DNA of 64,000 nt, taken from contig OY776562.1 of the NCBI GenBank assembly GCA_963675785.1, forward strand, positions 512,001-576,000. Direction: 5' to 3'. The notes under the pieces are model-generated. The model made no database searches, was not told the DNA's origin, and worked only from the letters and a program-made list of their open reading frames with translations. Within the stretch, counting starts at the first letter, position 1; every line of letters starts with the position of its first letter. Both the position numbers and the translations under genes were made by a program. This document shows positions 17,333-26,498 of this stretch, in pieces. This stretch comes from Anaerolineae bacterium. GTDB taxonomy: Bacteria; Chloroflexota; Anaerolineae; UBA1429.

Positions 17333-18496
17333 ATGAGTACTCATGAGCAAAAAGGTTATGGTTATGCGGGTGCCCTCGCTTTGTTGGCAATGGTTTCCTT
17401 GCTTACAGGCAGCATTCTCATGTCAATCAGTTCCAACGTCGCGGGTTCTACACGAACCACAACCAAGACCCAGGAGCGCTATGCGGCTGATGCGGGCATC
17501 GAATACGCCTTGAATCAGCTTTCTACCGATCAAGGACTGCGCGAGAGCATTCTTAGCCAGGTGGGCGTGCCGGTTGTGCTTTCATTGGATGAATCAGTCA
17601 ATGGCTATAACCTGGAAATTCGCATAGTAGCTTTGCAGCGAGAAGAAAAGGTTATCCCCCAAGGTGGCTTGCTCAAGTATGGGCTATGGGCCAGCGATCA
17701 AAGCTCAAACGATGCTATCTGGATATCGGGGGCAGACCATCAGATACTTTCCTCTGTGCACAGCAACGGTGGCTTGCTGATAGAGGGCAACGGACATGGT
17801 GTTACTGGGGATGTAGAGTACTGTACCAGCATACATACAGGCGGTGTTGGCCTATCTGACTGGGTAGAGAATGCCGTATTATCCTCAGTACAGAGCGAGC
17901 CGCCGGGCATTTGGACTGCGGATGATCTGGATCCTAGTGTACTGGGTAGCTATGCAGCGACTGCTGCTGAGGTCGGAGAGCTGTATCAGATTAGCGGCGA
18001 TTGGAGCTATTCAAATGCTTCTACGCCCATCCCTTCAGGTCTTTATCTGGTTGACGGGAATATATCCATCAGTTCTTCCGGCATTGGCGGAGAAAATGTG
18101 ACTTTTGTAGCGACGGGGCAAATTACCATTTCGTCGACGGGATTATCTTTCTCCCCCTATGTTCCAGGGCTTACTTTTATGACAACATTGGTTACGCCCA
18201 AGGACGGCTGCGCTTTCGCACTCAGTGGGGCAGGCAATGTGGGTGGTACTGTTTATGCACCTAATGGGCGCATTTCTATATCTGGTGCAGGAAACCAAGT
18301 GACGGGTGCTTTTATGGCGCGCTGGATCGATATCAGTGGATCTGGCTCGCGTATTTACTTGGCGCCGGTTCCCGTGCCGGTCTCTGAAGCCTGCGGCACC
18401 TATGACATTGAGGCGACTGCTGGAGATTCCACGGTCAAAGCGCGCATCACTGATTGTGGTGACAGCATCGAGATTTTGGCCTGGGAGATTGACTAG
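17333..18496 (+). CDS. PilX/GspK-like tip pilin with repeat domain, paralogue 2
   Basis: EQKG|YGYAGALAL, YAADAGIEYA. Colinear with 16031-17212 (VHSN, GLYLVDG, VATGQI, FSPYV, APNG, IDISGSG, C..DC, ILAW). Confidence 0.75.
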   Translation: MSTHEQKGYGYAGALALLAMVSLLTGSILMSISSNVAGSTRTTTKTQERYAADAGIEYALNQLSTDQGLRESILSQVGVPVVLSLDESVNGYNLEIRIVALQREEKVIPQGGLLKYGLWASDQSSNDAIWISGADHQILSSVHSNGGLLIEGNGHGVTGDVEYCTSIHTGGVGLSDWVENAVLSSVQSEPPGIWTADDLDPSVLGSYAATAAEVGELYQISGDWSYSNASTPIPSGLYLVDGNISISSSGIGGENVTFVATGQITISSTGLSFSPYVPGLTFMTTLVTPKDGCAFALSGAGNVGGTVYAPNGRISISGAGNQVTGAFMARWIDISGSGSRIYLAPVPVPVSEACGTYDIEATAGDSTVKARITDCGDSIEILAWEID

Positions 18497-18515
18497 GGCA
18501 GCTTTTCCTATAGTA

Positions 18516-18545
18516 AAAAGGGGCACTCGTAAGAGTGCCCCTTTT
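18516..18545. terminator. Bidirectional intrinsic terminator
   Basis: AAAAGGGGCACTC-GTAA-GAGTGCCCCTTTT between convergent genes. Confidence 0.9.
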
Positions 18546-18567
18546 GGGTTAGGTCCTCAAAAGTTGG

Positions 18568-19869
18568 TTACAATCCCTGAATGCCGATGATGCGGGCAGG
18601 GTTGTTCAACAACATGTCTTCGGCCATTTGCATGGCGTCATCGAGGCTGAAGGGCTCCATGTTCGGATGAATGAGGCTTCGCTCCATACGCTCAGCCAAA
18701 GCCGAGGCCAACTCGAACTTGTACATTCTGAACTTGGGCAGAATGAACTCGAGATAATAAGCATCCGAAAAATAGCCAATGTTCTTGCAGCCCGGGACGG
18801 CATTGATGCGGCGTCGGATTTCGCGGGCAATGTCGGTGGGCTGGTTTGAGTACCACCAGTGTCCCGAAGGATAGACATTATGGCGAATCCAGGCGGCGGT
18901 CATCAATTCCATGCCAGTTGTATCGGATAGAACAGCGGTCGGAAAGTCAACATCCCAATAGGTATTGAGCACATAATCGTATCCGCGCATCGAGTTGACC
19001 GAGTCAACCAGGTCAGTGCCGCGGGGCACGCCATGCTCATAGGTGTCGCGGTTCACGCCGATCATGAGATGGAAGGGCTTTTTGTATTTGCGGCAGTGAT
19101 CGCAGACGCGGTTCATGGCCCAGGCCGACCAGGTATTCATTTCACAGCAGTCCAGGGCGCCACCAGCGATCGCCTTGTCTAAAATACGCTGAGCATCCTC
19201 ATCTGCAACCTCAAAGGTTTGGAAGCCGGTGGGGATGGACATAGCGGCATAGCCCATGCCATGCTTGACAAAGCGTGCAAAGGTCTTGTCCATAGCTTCG
19301 ACCACGTCGCTGGTTACTTTGACGGGGCGGCCGATGACTTGAGCAAAGCCATCACGAATCGCTGGACGGTCAATCCAAATGATAAAGCTTTCTGTGCGCA
19401 GGCAGGGCGCATAGAATGAGCTATCCATGCCTTCAAAGTCATCATCGAATTCATTGGTCAAAAAGACCTTGATGATGTTAGATTGCTTGATCATCTCATC
19501 TCGCCATTCGGGGCGGCCCATCACATCAACCGAACGGTCGTAGATGCGCTCCCAATTTTCTGGTTTCCAGTCGGCAGCGGGAATGCCGAGATAGTCCCGA
19601 GAAATGGTCATGAGCCAATCGTACTGAACCGTGTTCTTGATGAGGCTCAGTTTGGGTAGAATCTCTCTGGTTAGTGCTTTGGGGTCCTCAAAGGGGAACT
19701 TGCCACCCTGAAACTCGGCCGAGTTGGTCAGTTCAGTGTAATAGTGGTAGCTCAGGATGTCGCCGATGCTTTGGGCTGTCCCCGTTTTCCACTCGACATG
19801 TGTGTGGATATCGAGGATTGGCAGATCGTTGATGCGGCGGTATAGATCCGCGATCAGTGCGCTATTCAT
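18568..19869 (-). CDS. uxaC: Uronate (glucuronate) isomerase, amidohydrolase fold
   Basis: PILDIHTH, LSYHYY, HLMIG, GHWWY, YFSDAY. ATG at 19869 after GAAAGGAAGG (track extends to 20025). Confidence 0.78.
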   Translation of the reverse strand: MNSALIADLYRRINDLPILDIHTHVEWKTGTAQSIGDILSYHYYTELTNSAEFQGGKFPFEDPKALTREILPKLSLIKNTVQYDWLMTISRDYLGIPAADWKPENWERIYDRSVDVMGRPEWRDEMIKQSNIIKVFLTNEFDDDFEGMDSSFYAPCLRTESFIIWIDRPAIRDGFAQVIGRPVKVTSDVVEAMDKTFARFVKHGMGYAAMSIPTGFQTFEVADEDAQRILDKAIAGGALDCCEMNTWSAWAMNRVCDHCRKYKKPFHLMIGVNRDTYEHGVPRGTDLVDSVNSMRGYDYVLNTYWDVDFPTAVLSDTTGMELMTAAWIRHNVYPSGHWWYSNQPTDIAREIRRRINAVPGCKNIGYFSDAYYLEFILPKFRMYKFELASALAERMERSLIHPNMEPFSLDDAMQMAEDMLLNNPARIIGIQGL

Positions 19870-19990
19870 CTTCTGCAGCCTTCCTTTCAAAATCGTATGA
19901 CAGCGAGCGTTTAGGCTCGCGCTAAAACCTATGAGCCTATTATGCGCTGTTGATGGCATGTGTGCAAGCGCACGAGGCCAAAGCGTTGTA

Positions 19991-20018
19991 TTGACACTAA
20001 CTCTATCCAACGTAGAAT
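19991..20018 (+). promoter_or_regulatory. Sigma70 promoter of crtB
   Basis: TTGACA, 16 nt, TAGAAT. Confidence 0.65.
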
Positions 20019-20058
20019 AAGACACATTGTTGGATTATTGTTCTGATTGGGTAGGTTG

Positions 20059-21030
20059 ATGGGTAGTGAGACACAAGCTTGGGAAGAAAAGCTGCTGCAG
20101 ATGGCGACAGAGGCGCTTGACGTAGTTAGCAGCTTTACCGGGTTCAAACTGACGCCAGAGCGTCTTGAGGACGCTTATGCGGGTGCTTCGAGGATTATCC
20201 GAGAGCACAGTCGCACTTTCCATATGGCTTCTGCTTTGTTGCCTCTGGAAAAGAGACGTGGCATTCAGGCACTTTATGCGTTTTGTCGCATTAGCGATGA
20301 CATTGTCGATGGCAGTGGTGCCGACGATCGGTTGGAACGTCTGGAGGCTTGGCGGGAACGTTCTACAACCGATAATCCCCGACCAGATGACAGCATCGCC
20401 GTGGCCTGGGCTGGTGCACGGGCTCAGTTTGGCATCCCCAAAGGCCTGGCTAACCAGCTGGTAGATGGCGTGGCGATGGATATTACCCAGAGCCGCTATG
20501 CGACTTTTGATGACCTCGCCATCTATTGCTATGGCGTAGCCTCCACAGTGGGGCTTATGTCTATGCATATCACCGGGTTTGCTGGCCGCTGTGCCGTGCC
20601 CTATGCTGTCAAGTTAGGGGTGGCTTTGCAACTTACCAATATTCTACGTGACGTGGCCGAGGACTGGCGGGCGGGAAGGCTCTATCTGCCACAAGACGAG
20701 CTAGCTGCTTTTGACCTTGCCGATGTGGACATTGCCCAGGGTAGTGTAAGCAGTCGCTGGCGTGCGTTCATGAAGTTCCAAATCGAGCGAACTCGGGCTC
20801 TTTACGAAGAGTCGATTCCGGGTATAGCCCTTTTGGATAAAGATGGCCGCTTTGCAGTGGCAGCGGCGGCAGAGCTATACGAGAGCATTCTCGATGACAT
20901 TGTTGAGCACGATTATGATGTATTCAGTCGTCGGGCACACGCAACTCAGTGGGAAAAACTGCGCATGCTGCCTGGCATTTGGCGCAAAAGTCGGCGAATG
21001 TCGGTTGCCAATTTGGTAATGACCGAATAA
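20059..21030 (+). CDS. crtB: Phytoene synthase (squalene/phytoene synthase family)
   Basis: HSRTFHMAS, LYAFCRISDDIVD, YCYGVASTVG, LGVALQLTNILRDVAED..GRLYLP, DVFSRRA. Confidence 0.88.
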   Translation: MGSETQAWEEKLLQMATEALDVVSSFTGFKLTPERLEDAYAGASRIIREHSRTFHMASALLPLEKRRGIQALYAFCRISDDIVDGSGADDRLERLEAWRERSTTDNPRPDDSIAVAWAGARAQFGIPKGLANQLVDGVAMDITQSRYATFDDLAIYCYGVASTVGLMSMHITGFAGRCAVPYAVKLGVALQLTNILRDVAEDWRAGRLYLPQDELAAFDLADVDIAQGSVSSRWRAFMKFQIERTRALYEESIPGIALLDKDGRFAVAAAAELYESILDDIVEHDYDVFSRRAHATQWEKLRMLPGIWRKSRRMSVANLVMTE

Positions 21031-21038
21031 GCCTGGCG

Positions 21039-21067
21039 TTGACACTGTAAAATGCTCGTGCTAGAAT
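21039..21067 (+). promoter_or_regulatory. Strong sigma70 promoter of the DUF1015-serA operon
   Basis: TTGACA (21039-44), 17 nt, TG-n-TAGAAT (21062-67). Confidence 0.85.
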
Positions 21068-21074
21068 GCACGAG

Positions 21075-21143
21075 ATGCTGGCAATGGTAGCCGGTAATGG
21101 CCGTGGGGGGCTTGCGCGTTATGCTTGCTGTTGCCCGGCCTGA
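21075..21143 (+). CDS. Putative leaderless leader peptide MLAMVAGNGRGGLARYACCCPA (Cys3 attenuator peptide)
   Basis: ATG lies 7 nt after the -10 box. TGC-TGT-TGC near the 3' end, followed by antiterminator/terminator hairpins. Confidence 0.6.
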   Translation: MLAMVAGNGRGGLARYACCCPA

Positions 21144-21155
21144 TTATGAGATGGT

Positions 21156-21196
21156 TCGCCGTCTCCCCAACAGCAAGGGGGGCGGCGATTTTGTTT
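21156..21196 (+). terminator. Attenuator terminator in the 5' leader
   Basis: TCGCCGTCTCCC / GGGGGGCGGCGA stem followed by TTTTGTTT, located between promoter and first gene. Confidence 0.8.
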
Positions 21197-21223
21197 GTGC
21201 CATAATGTACGAGGTGATGCGAT

Positions 21224-22495
21224 ATGGTAGAGCTTTTACCCTTTAGAGGAATCCATTATGCAGATCAATATGCTGGCCCAGCGGTGTTGAGTCCACCGTA
21301 TGATGTGATTGGCGAAGAGGGCCGTCAGGAACTCTTGGCGCTAGAGCCGCATAATGCCATTCGTTTGACATTAGGGCCTGTTGTGGATCGTCAGGCATGG
21401 TATCAAGAGGCTGCTTTAACTCTTGGCGCCTGGCTGGATGAAGGGGTTCTTGTTAGGGATGCCAAGCCGCGCCTTTATGGATACCGTCAGGCATTCACAG
21501 GCCCAGGAGGCGAGTTCTTGGTGCGTAGCGGCTTTTTTGCACGAGTTCGGCTTCAACCATGGGGACAGGGCATTTATCGCCACGAGCATACCCGTGTTGG
21601 GCCGCGTCAGGATCGATTGAATCTGTTCAGGGCTGTGCGTACCAACATGAGTCCCGTTTTTGGCATGTATAGTGATGCTGCCCACGAACTTGATGCATGC
21701 TTGGAGCCCCCCGATGATCCGTTTATCGATTGTGGTATAGCGGGTGTACGAGAGACCTTTTGGCCCATTGAAGGGCAAGCTGCACAGGCTCTTTTAGACG
21801 GGGTGGGCAAACGCGACGTGTTCATCGCTGATGGGCATCATCGTTATGAGACGGCTCTTGCTTATGCCCAGGAACGCCGTGAACAAGACGGAAACCCCGA
21901 TCAGGTTCAACCTTACGATTATGTGATGATGTACTTGACGCCTGTAGAAGCCGACGGCCTGGTTGTATTACCCACGCATCGTGTGGTTAAGGCAGAAGGG
22001 ATATCTGCAGGGGAGCTGCTAACGAATTTGCGTAAAGATTTTGAGGTGCAGCGCACTTGCTGCTGCAAGCAATTGACTGAGCAAATTGGCGTTTCATACG
22101 TCGGTGAGATCAAAATCGGCATGATTCTGGCGGATGCAGAGTATGTGTTGACCCTTCTCGATCCCGCTCGTGCCGTGGCTGCGGCTCGGAATGGCGAGAG
22201 TGATGTCATTGCTCGCCTCGATGTGAGTGTACTGCAGAACCTTATCTTGGAGCCCCATCTGGGTATTACGCGTGATGTGCTCGCCAATGGCGAGAATGTC
22301 TCTTATACGATCGATGAACAAGAAGCGCGCAAGCTTGTTCGCAAGGGCGATGCCGCCGCTGCCTTTATCCTCAATCCAACCAGCGTACAGCAGATCCTTG
22401 ATGCTGCGCATCAGGATCAAACCATGCCCCAAAAGAGCACTTATTTCTATCCCAAACTTCTTACAGGACTGGTCTTTAACCCACTTGATGACTAG
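21224..22495 (+). CDS. DUF1015 family protein
   Basis: PFRGIHY, SPPYDVI, RHEHT, IADGHHRYETA, MPQKSTYFYPK. The family is commonly linked to serA/serC. Confidence 0.9.
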   Translation: MVELLPFRGIHYADQYAGPAVLSPPYDVIGEEGRQELLALEPHNAIRLTLGPVVDRQAWYQEAALTLGAWLDEGVLVRDAKPRLYGYRQAFTGPGGEFLVRSGFFARVRLQPWGQGIYRHEHTRVGPRQDRLNLFRAVRTNMSPVFGMYSDAAHELDACLEPPDDPFIDCGIAGVRETFWPIEGQAAQALLDGVGKRDVFIADGHHRYETALAYAQERREQDGNPDQVQPYDYVMMYLTPVEADGLVVLPTHRVVKAEGISAGELLTNLRKDFEVQRTCCCKQLTEQIGVSYVGEIKIGMILADAEYVLTLLDPARAVAAARNGESDVIARLDVSVLQNLILEPHLGITRDVLANGENVSYTIDEQEARKLVRKGDAAAAFILNPTSVQQILDAAHQDQTMPQKSTYFYPKLLTGLVFNPLDD

Positions 22496-22510
22496 ATGCG
22501 GAGGGACTCG

Positions 22511-24106
22511 ATGCGAATCCTTGTAACAGAGAAACTCAATGCCAGCGGCCTTGATGTGCTTGCAGGTTTTGCCGATGTGGATGTCAAGTCGGGGCTTTCT
22601 TCCGAAGAGTTGGCCTCCGTTGTCGATGGATATGATGCACTGGTTATTCGCAGTCGTACCAATGTGGATGCCTCCATTATTCAGGCTGGCAAATCGCTCA
22701 AGGTCATTGGCCGGGCTGGCGTTGGCGTAGACAACATTGATGTCGAAGCGGCAACGCTTCGCGGCATCACCGTGGTCAACGCTCCTACTGGCAATAGCAA
22801 TGCTGTGGCCGAGCAGACACTGGCTCTTATGTTGGCTTTGGCCAGGAATATCTGCCCAGCAGTGACCTCGCTCAAGGCCGGGCGCTGGGAGAAAAGTAGC
22901 CTCGAAGGGACCGAGGTCAAAGGCAAGACTCTGGGTCTGGTTGGTCTGGGGCGCATCGCTCGTTTGGTAGCGGCCAAAGCCCGTGCGTTGGAGATGAAAG
23001 TCATCGCCTTTGATCCGTTTGTCGCGCCGGAAAAAGCCGAATCGATGAACGTACGTATGATGGATTTGAACGAACTGATGCAGGAAGCGGACTATATCAG
23101 CGTCCATACACCCCTTACGCCAGATACAGAGGGCATGATTTCGACTGCTGAATTGGCTCTGATGAAGCCTACCGCCTATATCGTCAATTGCGCTCGCGGT
23201 GGCATTATCGATGAAAAGGCACTGTATGAGGCCTTGAGCAATCATGTCATTGCTGGCGCGGCACTCGATGTCTATGAAAAAGAGCCCGCAGTGGGCAATC
23301 CCTTGATTGATCTTCCAAACGTGTTGTGCACACCGCATCTCGCGGCTTCTACGGCTGAAGCTCAGGAGAATGTGGCTCGCGATGTGGCCCAGGCTGTGGT
23401 GGACGTGCTCGCTGGTCGGATTCCCGAGAGTCCCGTTAACATGCCCTACCTGCCGCCCGGCGTCATGGAGCAGCTTGTGCCCTATATCGATTTGGCCGAG
23501 CGCCTGGGAGCATTTTTCATGCAGTGGCGCGGAGATCTACTCAACAGGCTAGAGCTCACCTTTACAGGTAAATTGGCTGATTACGATACCCGCATTCTCA
23601 CCTCGGCTTTTCTGGTTGGTTTGCTGCGCAACGTTTCTGCTGATGACATCAATCTGATCAATGCTATGGTTATCGCCCGCGAGCGAGGCCTGAGCATCTC
23701 TCAGGTGCGCGGCGGAGATTTTGAACCCTTTGGTACTTGCATTCGCGCCCAATTCCCCGAAGCCAGCGAGATTTCCAATATCAGTGGTGCCATGATGAGT
23801 GGGGAACCACATCTGATCGAGCTGGATGGCCAGCGGCTCAACTGCCTGGCTCAGGGGCAGATGCTGGTTGACCTGCACTATGATCGCCCCGGCATCGTCG
23901 GGCGGATGGGCCAGATTCTTGGCCAGGCCAACGTCAACATCTCGTTTGCGCAGATGAGCCGCTCTCAAAAAGGTGGCGGCGCTATTATGATCCTGGGATT
24001 GGATGAGCGCGTTCCGGATGGTCTCTTGCCCGAATTTCTTCAGGTACCCAATGTTCAACGCGTGCGTGCTGTTACCCTGCCTGCTTATGAAGGTTATATG
24101 CTCTAG
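22511..24106 (+). CDS. serA: D-3-phosphoglycerate dehydrogenase (long form with ASB and ACT domains)
   Basis: GRAGVGVDNID, GLGRI, NCARGG, ALDVYEKEP, TPHLAAST, C-terminal DRPGIVG ACT domain. Confidence 0.95.
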   Translation: MRILVTEKLNASGLDVLAGFADVDVKSGLSSEELASVVDGYDALVIRSRTNVDASIIQAGKSLKVIGRAGVGVDNIDVEAATLRGITVVNAPTGNSNAVAEQTLALMLALARNICPAVTSLKAGRWEKSSLEGTEVKGKTLGLVGLGRIARLVAAKARALEMKVIAFDPFVAPEKAESMNVRMMDLNELMQEADYISVHTPLTPDTEGMISTAELALMKPTAYIVNCARGGIIDEKALYEALSNHVIAGAALDVYEKEPAVGNPLIDLPNVLCTPHLAASTAEAQENVARDVAQAVVDVLAGRIPESPVNMPYLPPGVMEQLVPYIDLAERLGAFFMQWRGDLLNRLELTFTGKLADYDTRILTSAFLVGLLRNVSADDINLINAMVIARERGLSISQVRGGDFEPFGTCIRAQFPEASEISNISGAMMSGEPHLIELDGQRLNCLAQGQMLVDLHYDRPGIVGRMGQILGQANVNISFAQMSRSQKGGGAIMILGLDERVPDGLLPEFLQVPNVQRVRAVTLPAYEGYML

Positions 24107-24232
24107 CACCTTTTGCCGCTTGCAGACTGTGCACTGTTGCATATAATGCTTATGAGGCAGTTGAACGTTGGCGACTGTCTCCACTGAGCCATTTAAGGGC
24201 ATCGAGGCCCTCGGCAAACACAGGAGGTTACA

Positions 24233-25231
24233 ATGCGTAAGTCGATCTATTTGGTTGTTGCTGTATTGACAGTAATAGCCACGCTTGTCGGCGGCTGCGG
24301 TCAAACCGCAAACGACGATTTTAAGGTAGGTCTGGTAACAGACGTTGGTCGTGTGAACGACCGAAGCTTTAACCAGTCGGCGTGGGAAGGTGTACAGCAG
24401 GTAGGCGAAGAACTCGGAGCCGAAGTCAAGTATATTGAGACGACGGACGCCAAGGACTATGCCGACAACATCGCCCAGTTCGTTGATGAAGGCTATGACG
24501 TCGTTGTAACCGTCGGTTATGCCCTCGGTGATGCTACCATGGCGGCAGCCCTTGCCAACCCCGATATCGATTTCATCGGCGTTGACCAGACTATAACTGA
24601 CGGCCCTGATAACTATGTCGGTCTGATCTTTAATGAGGATCAGGCAGGTTATCTAGCTGGCGTGGTTGCTGCTAGCTTGAGCACAACTGGTACTATTGCT
24701 GGCGTGTTCGGTACAGACCTCATCCCGGCTGTCTACAAGTTCAAAGAGGGTTACGAGGCTGGTGCCCTTTCCGTGAATCCTGACATCAACATCATCTCGA
24801 CTTACCATCCCGGCGAGATTAGCCAGGCCTTTACTGATCCCGAGTGGGGCGCCGCAACGGCTGCTCAAGCTGTCGATCAGGGTGCTGATGTTGTGTTTGC
24901 TGCTGGTGGTATGACCGGTAACGGCGCGCTTGAAGAAGTTGCGACCCATCCCGGCCTCTACTGCATCGGTGTCGACTCTGATCAGTGGGAGACGGTTGAG
25001 GGTGCTCAGCCGTGTCTGGTCTGCAGTGCCATGAAGATGATTACTCCAGGCGTGGTGGATCTGGTTACAGCTGCCAAGGAAGGCAACATGCCTTCTGGCA
25101 ATTATGTCGGCGAAGCTGGCCTTTCCTCCTTCCATGACTTTGACAGTCAGATTTCTGATGAACTCAAAGCCACGCTAGAAGAGATTTCCACTGGCTTTGC
25201 TAATGGCACACTTACCACTGGTGTGGAATAA
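24233..25231 (+). CDS. BMP family (nucleoside/purine) ABC substrate-binding lipoprotein
   Basis: Lipobox VGGC, DRSFNQSAWEG, GADVVFAAGG, IGVDSDQ; AGGAGG SD. Confidence 0.92.
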   Translation: MRKSIYLVVAVLTVIATLVGGCGQTANDDFKVGLVTDVGRVNDRSFNQSAWEGVQQVGEELGAEVKYIETTDAKDYADNIAQFVDEGYDVVVTVGYALGDATMAAALANPDIDFIGVDQTITDGPDNYVGLIFNEDQAGYLAGVVAASLSTTGTIAGVFGTDLIPAVYKFKEGYEAGALSVNPDINIISTYHPGEISQAFTDPEWGAATAAQAVDQGADVVFAAGGMTGNGALEEVATHPGLYCIGVDSDQWETVEGAQPCLVCSAMKMITPGVVDLVTAAKEGNMPSGNYVGEAGLSSFHDFDSQISDELKATLEEISTGFANGTLTTGVE

Positions 25232-25242
25232 GCTTGATCGAA

Positions 25243-25268
25243 AAGGGGAGGCCAACTGGCCTCCCCTT
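25243..25268 (+). terminator. Hairpin after SBP gene (partial terminator or mRNA stabiliser)
   Basis: AAGGGGAGGCCA-AC-TGGCCTCCCCTT with weak U-tract. Confidence 0.7.
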
Positions 25269-25334
25269 GCCTCTACTTGCTGATATAGGTTCCACTGATT
25301 TCTTTGTGTCGAACATCTCAAACTAGGAGCCTCT

Positions 25335-26498
25335 ATGTCCGAGACTTCTCAGGTGACGCAGCGGCACTCCTCCTTTTGGGCCTTTATCTCGAAACCGCTT
25401 GTCGTCCCTGCTCTTGCCCTTTTTTCCGCGTTTCTCGTTGGTGCAATCCTCATGCTCCTCTCGGGTGATAACCCTCTGCAGGCTTATTGGGGACTGCTGC
25501 GAGGGGCCTTTGGTGATCTGGGTGCCGTCTCACGAACATTGCGCAGGGCCACACCTTTTATTCTGACCGGCCTTGCCGTTGCTATTGGTTTCAAGGCAGG
25601 CCTGTTCAACATCGGCGCTTCGGGCCAATATCTTATGGGCACCATTTGCTCCGTATGGGTAGGGCTCAATTTTGAGGGACTCCCCGCCTTTTTGCATGTG
25701 TTTTTGGCTTTACTTGCCGGCATGTTGGGTGGTGCTGTGTGGGCGGCTATCGCCGGTTTTTTGCGAGCATGGAGGGGGGCGAGCGAAGTCATTACCACCA
25801 TTATGCTCAACTATGTCGCCTCTCTATTTGCCGGCTGGACCGTCTATGCAGGCTCGACGACAGGACAGCAGCTTTCCGGTCCTCTGTCCTCGCCTTCTGC
25901 CGCCGCTCTTGGCATTTCGCAGAGTGAAGAGATTTTTGCGAGTGCGCGTCTTCCTGAATTACTTCCAAACCTACTCGACCGCGTTCACTGGGGGCTCATC
26001 ATTGCTCTGGGCATGGCCTTGTTGGTTTGGTGGATTATGAAAAAGACCAACTTGGGTTTCGAGATCCGAACCGTAGGCGCTAGCCCCGATGCGGCACGCT
26101 ATGCGGGCATTCATTCTGCACGTACTATCGTGTTGGTCATGGCTATGTCTGGCGCCTTGGCCGGTTTGGCCGGTGCCGTGGAAACGCTGGGGCTCAATTT
26201 CAAATATTCCCCAGAATTTACGGGTGGCGTAGGTTTTGAAGGCATCACCATCGCCTTACTAGGAGGGAACAGCCCATTTGGCATTATTCTCTCGGCTCTT
26301 TTGATGGGCGGCCTCGACGCTGGTGCGGCTAAAATGCAATTCGATTCAGGTGTTGCCAGCGAACTCATCCAGGTTGTACAGTCCCTGGTTCTTGTCTTTG
26401 TGGCCGCACCAGAGATTATCCGCACCATCTATCGACTGCACAAGCCCTCAGTTGAAGAACAGCTTGCGGAGACGGGAAGAGGAGGTAGAGAAGCATGA
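25335..26498 (+). CDS. Nucleoside/sugar ABC permease (NupB-like)
   Basis: GLFNIGASGQ, SEVITTIMLNY, GFEIRTVG..PDAARYAGI. Confidence 0.92.
   Translation: MSETSQVTQRHSSFWAFISKPLVVPALALFSAFLVGAILMLLSGDNPLQAYWGLLRGAFGDLGAVSRTLRRATPFILTGLAVAIGFKAGLFNIGASGQYLMGTICSVWVGLNFEGLPAFLHVFLALLAGMLGGAVWAAIAGFLRAWRGASEVITTIMLNYVASLFAGWTVYAGSTTGQQLSGPLSSPSAAALGISQSEEIFASARLPELLPNLLDRVHWGLIIALGMALLVWWIMKKTNLGFEIRTVGASPDAARYAGIHSARTIVLVMAMSGALAGLAGAVETLGLNFKYSPEFTGGVGFEGITIALLGGNSPFGIILSALLMGGLDAGAAKMQFDSGVASELIQVVQSLVLVFVAAPEIIRTIYRLHKPSVEEQLAETGRGGREA

Noticed and set aside
21077-21103. Twin AATGG-loop mini-hairpins resembling an ANTAR binding site
   Set aside because: Closing pairs for A1/G4 hexaloops are mismatched (C-A, T-C) and the element does not overlap the terminator; the uORF model fits better.
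22094-24304. Long antisense ORFs (414 aa and 251 aa) over DUF1015/serA
   Set aside because: Opposite well-supported genes; no recognisable domain.
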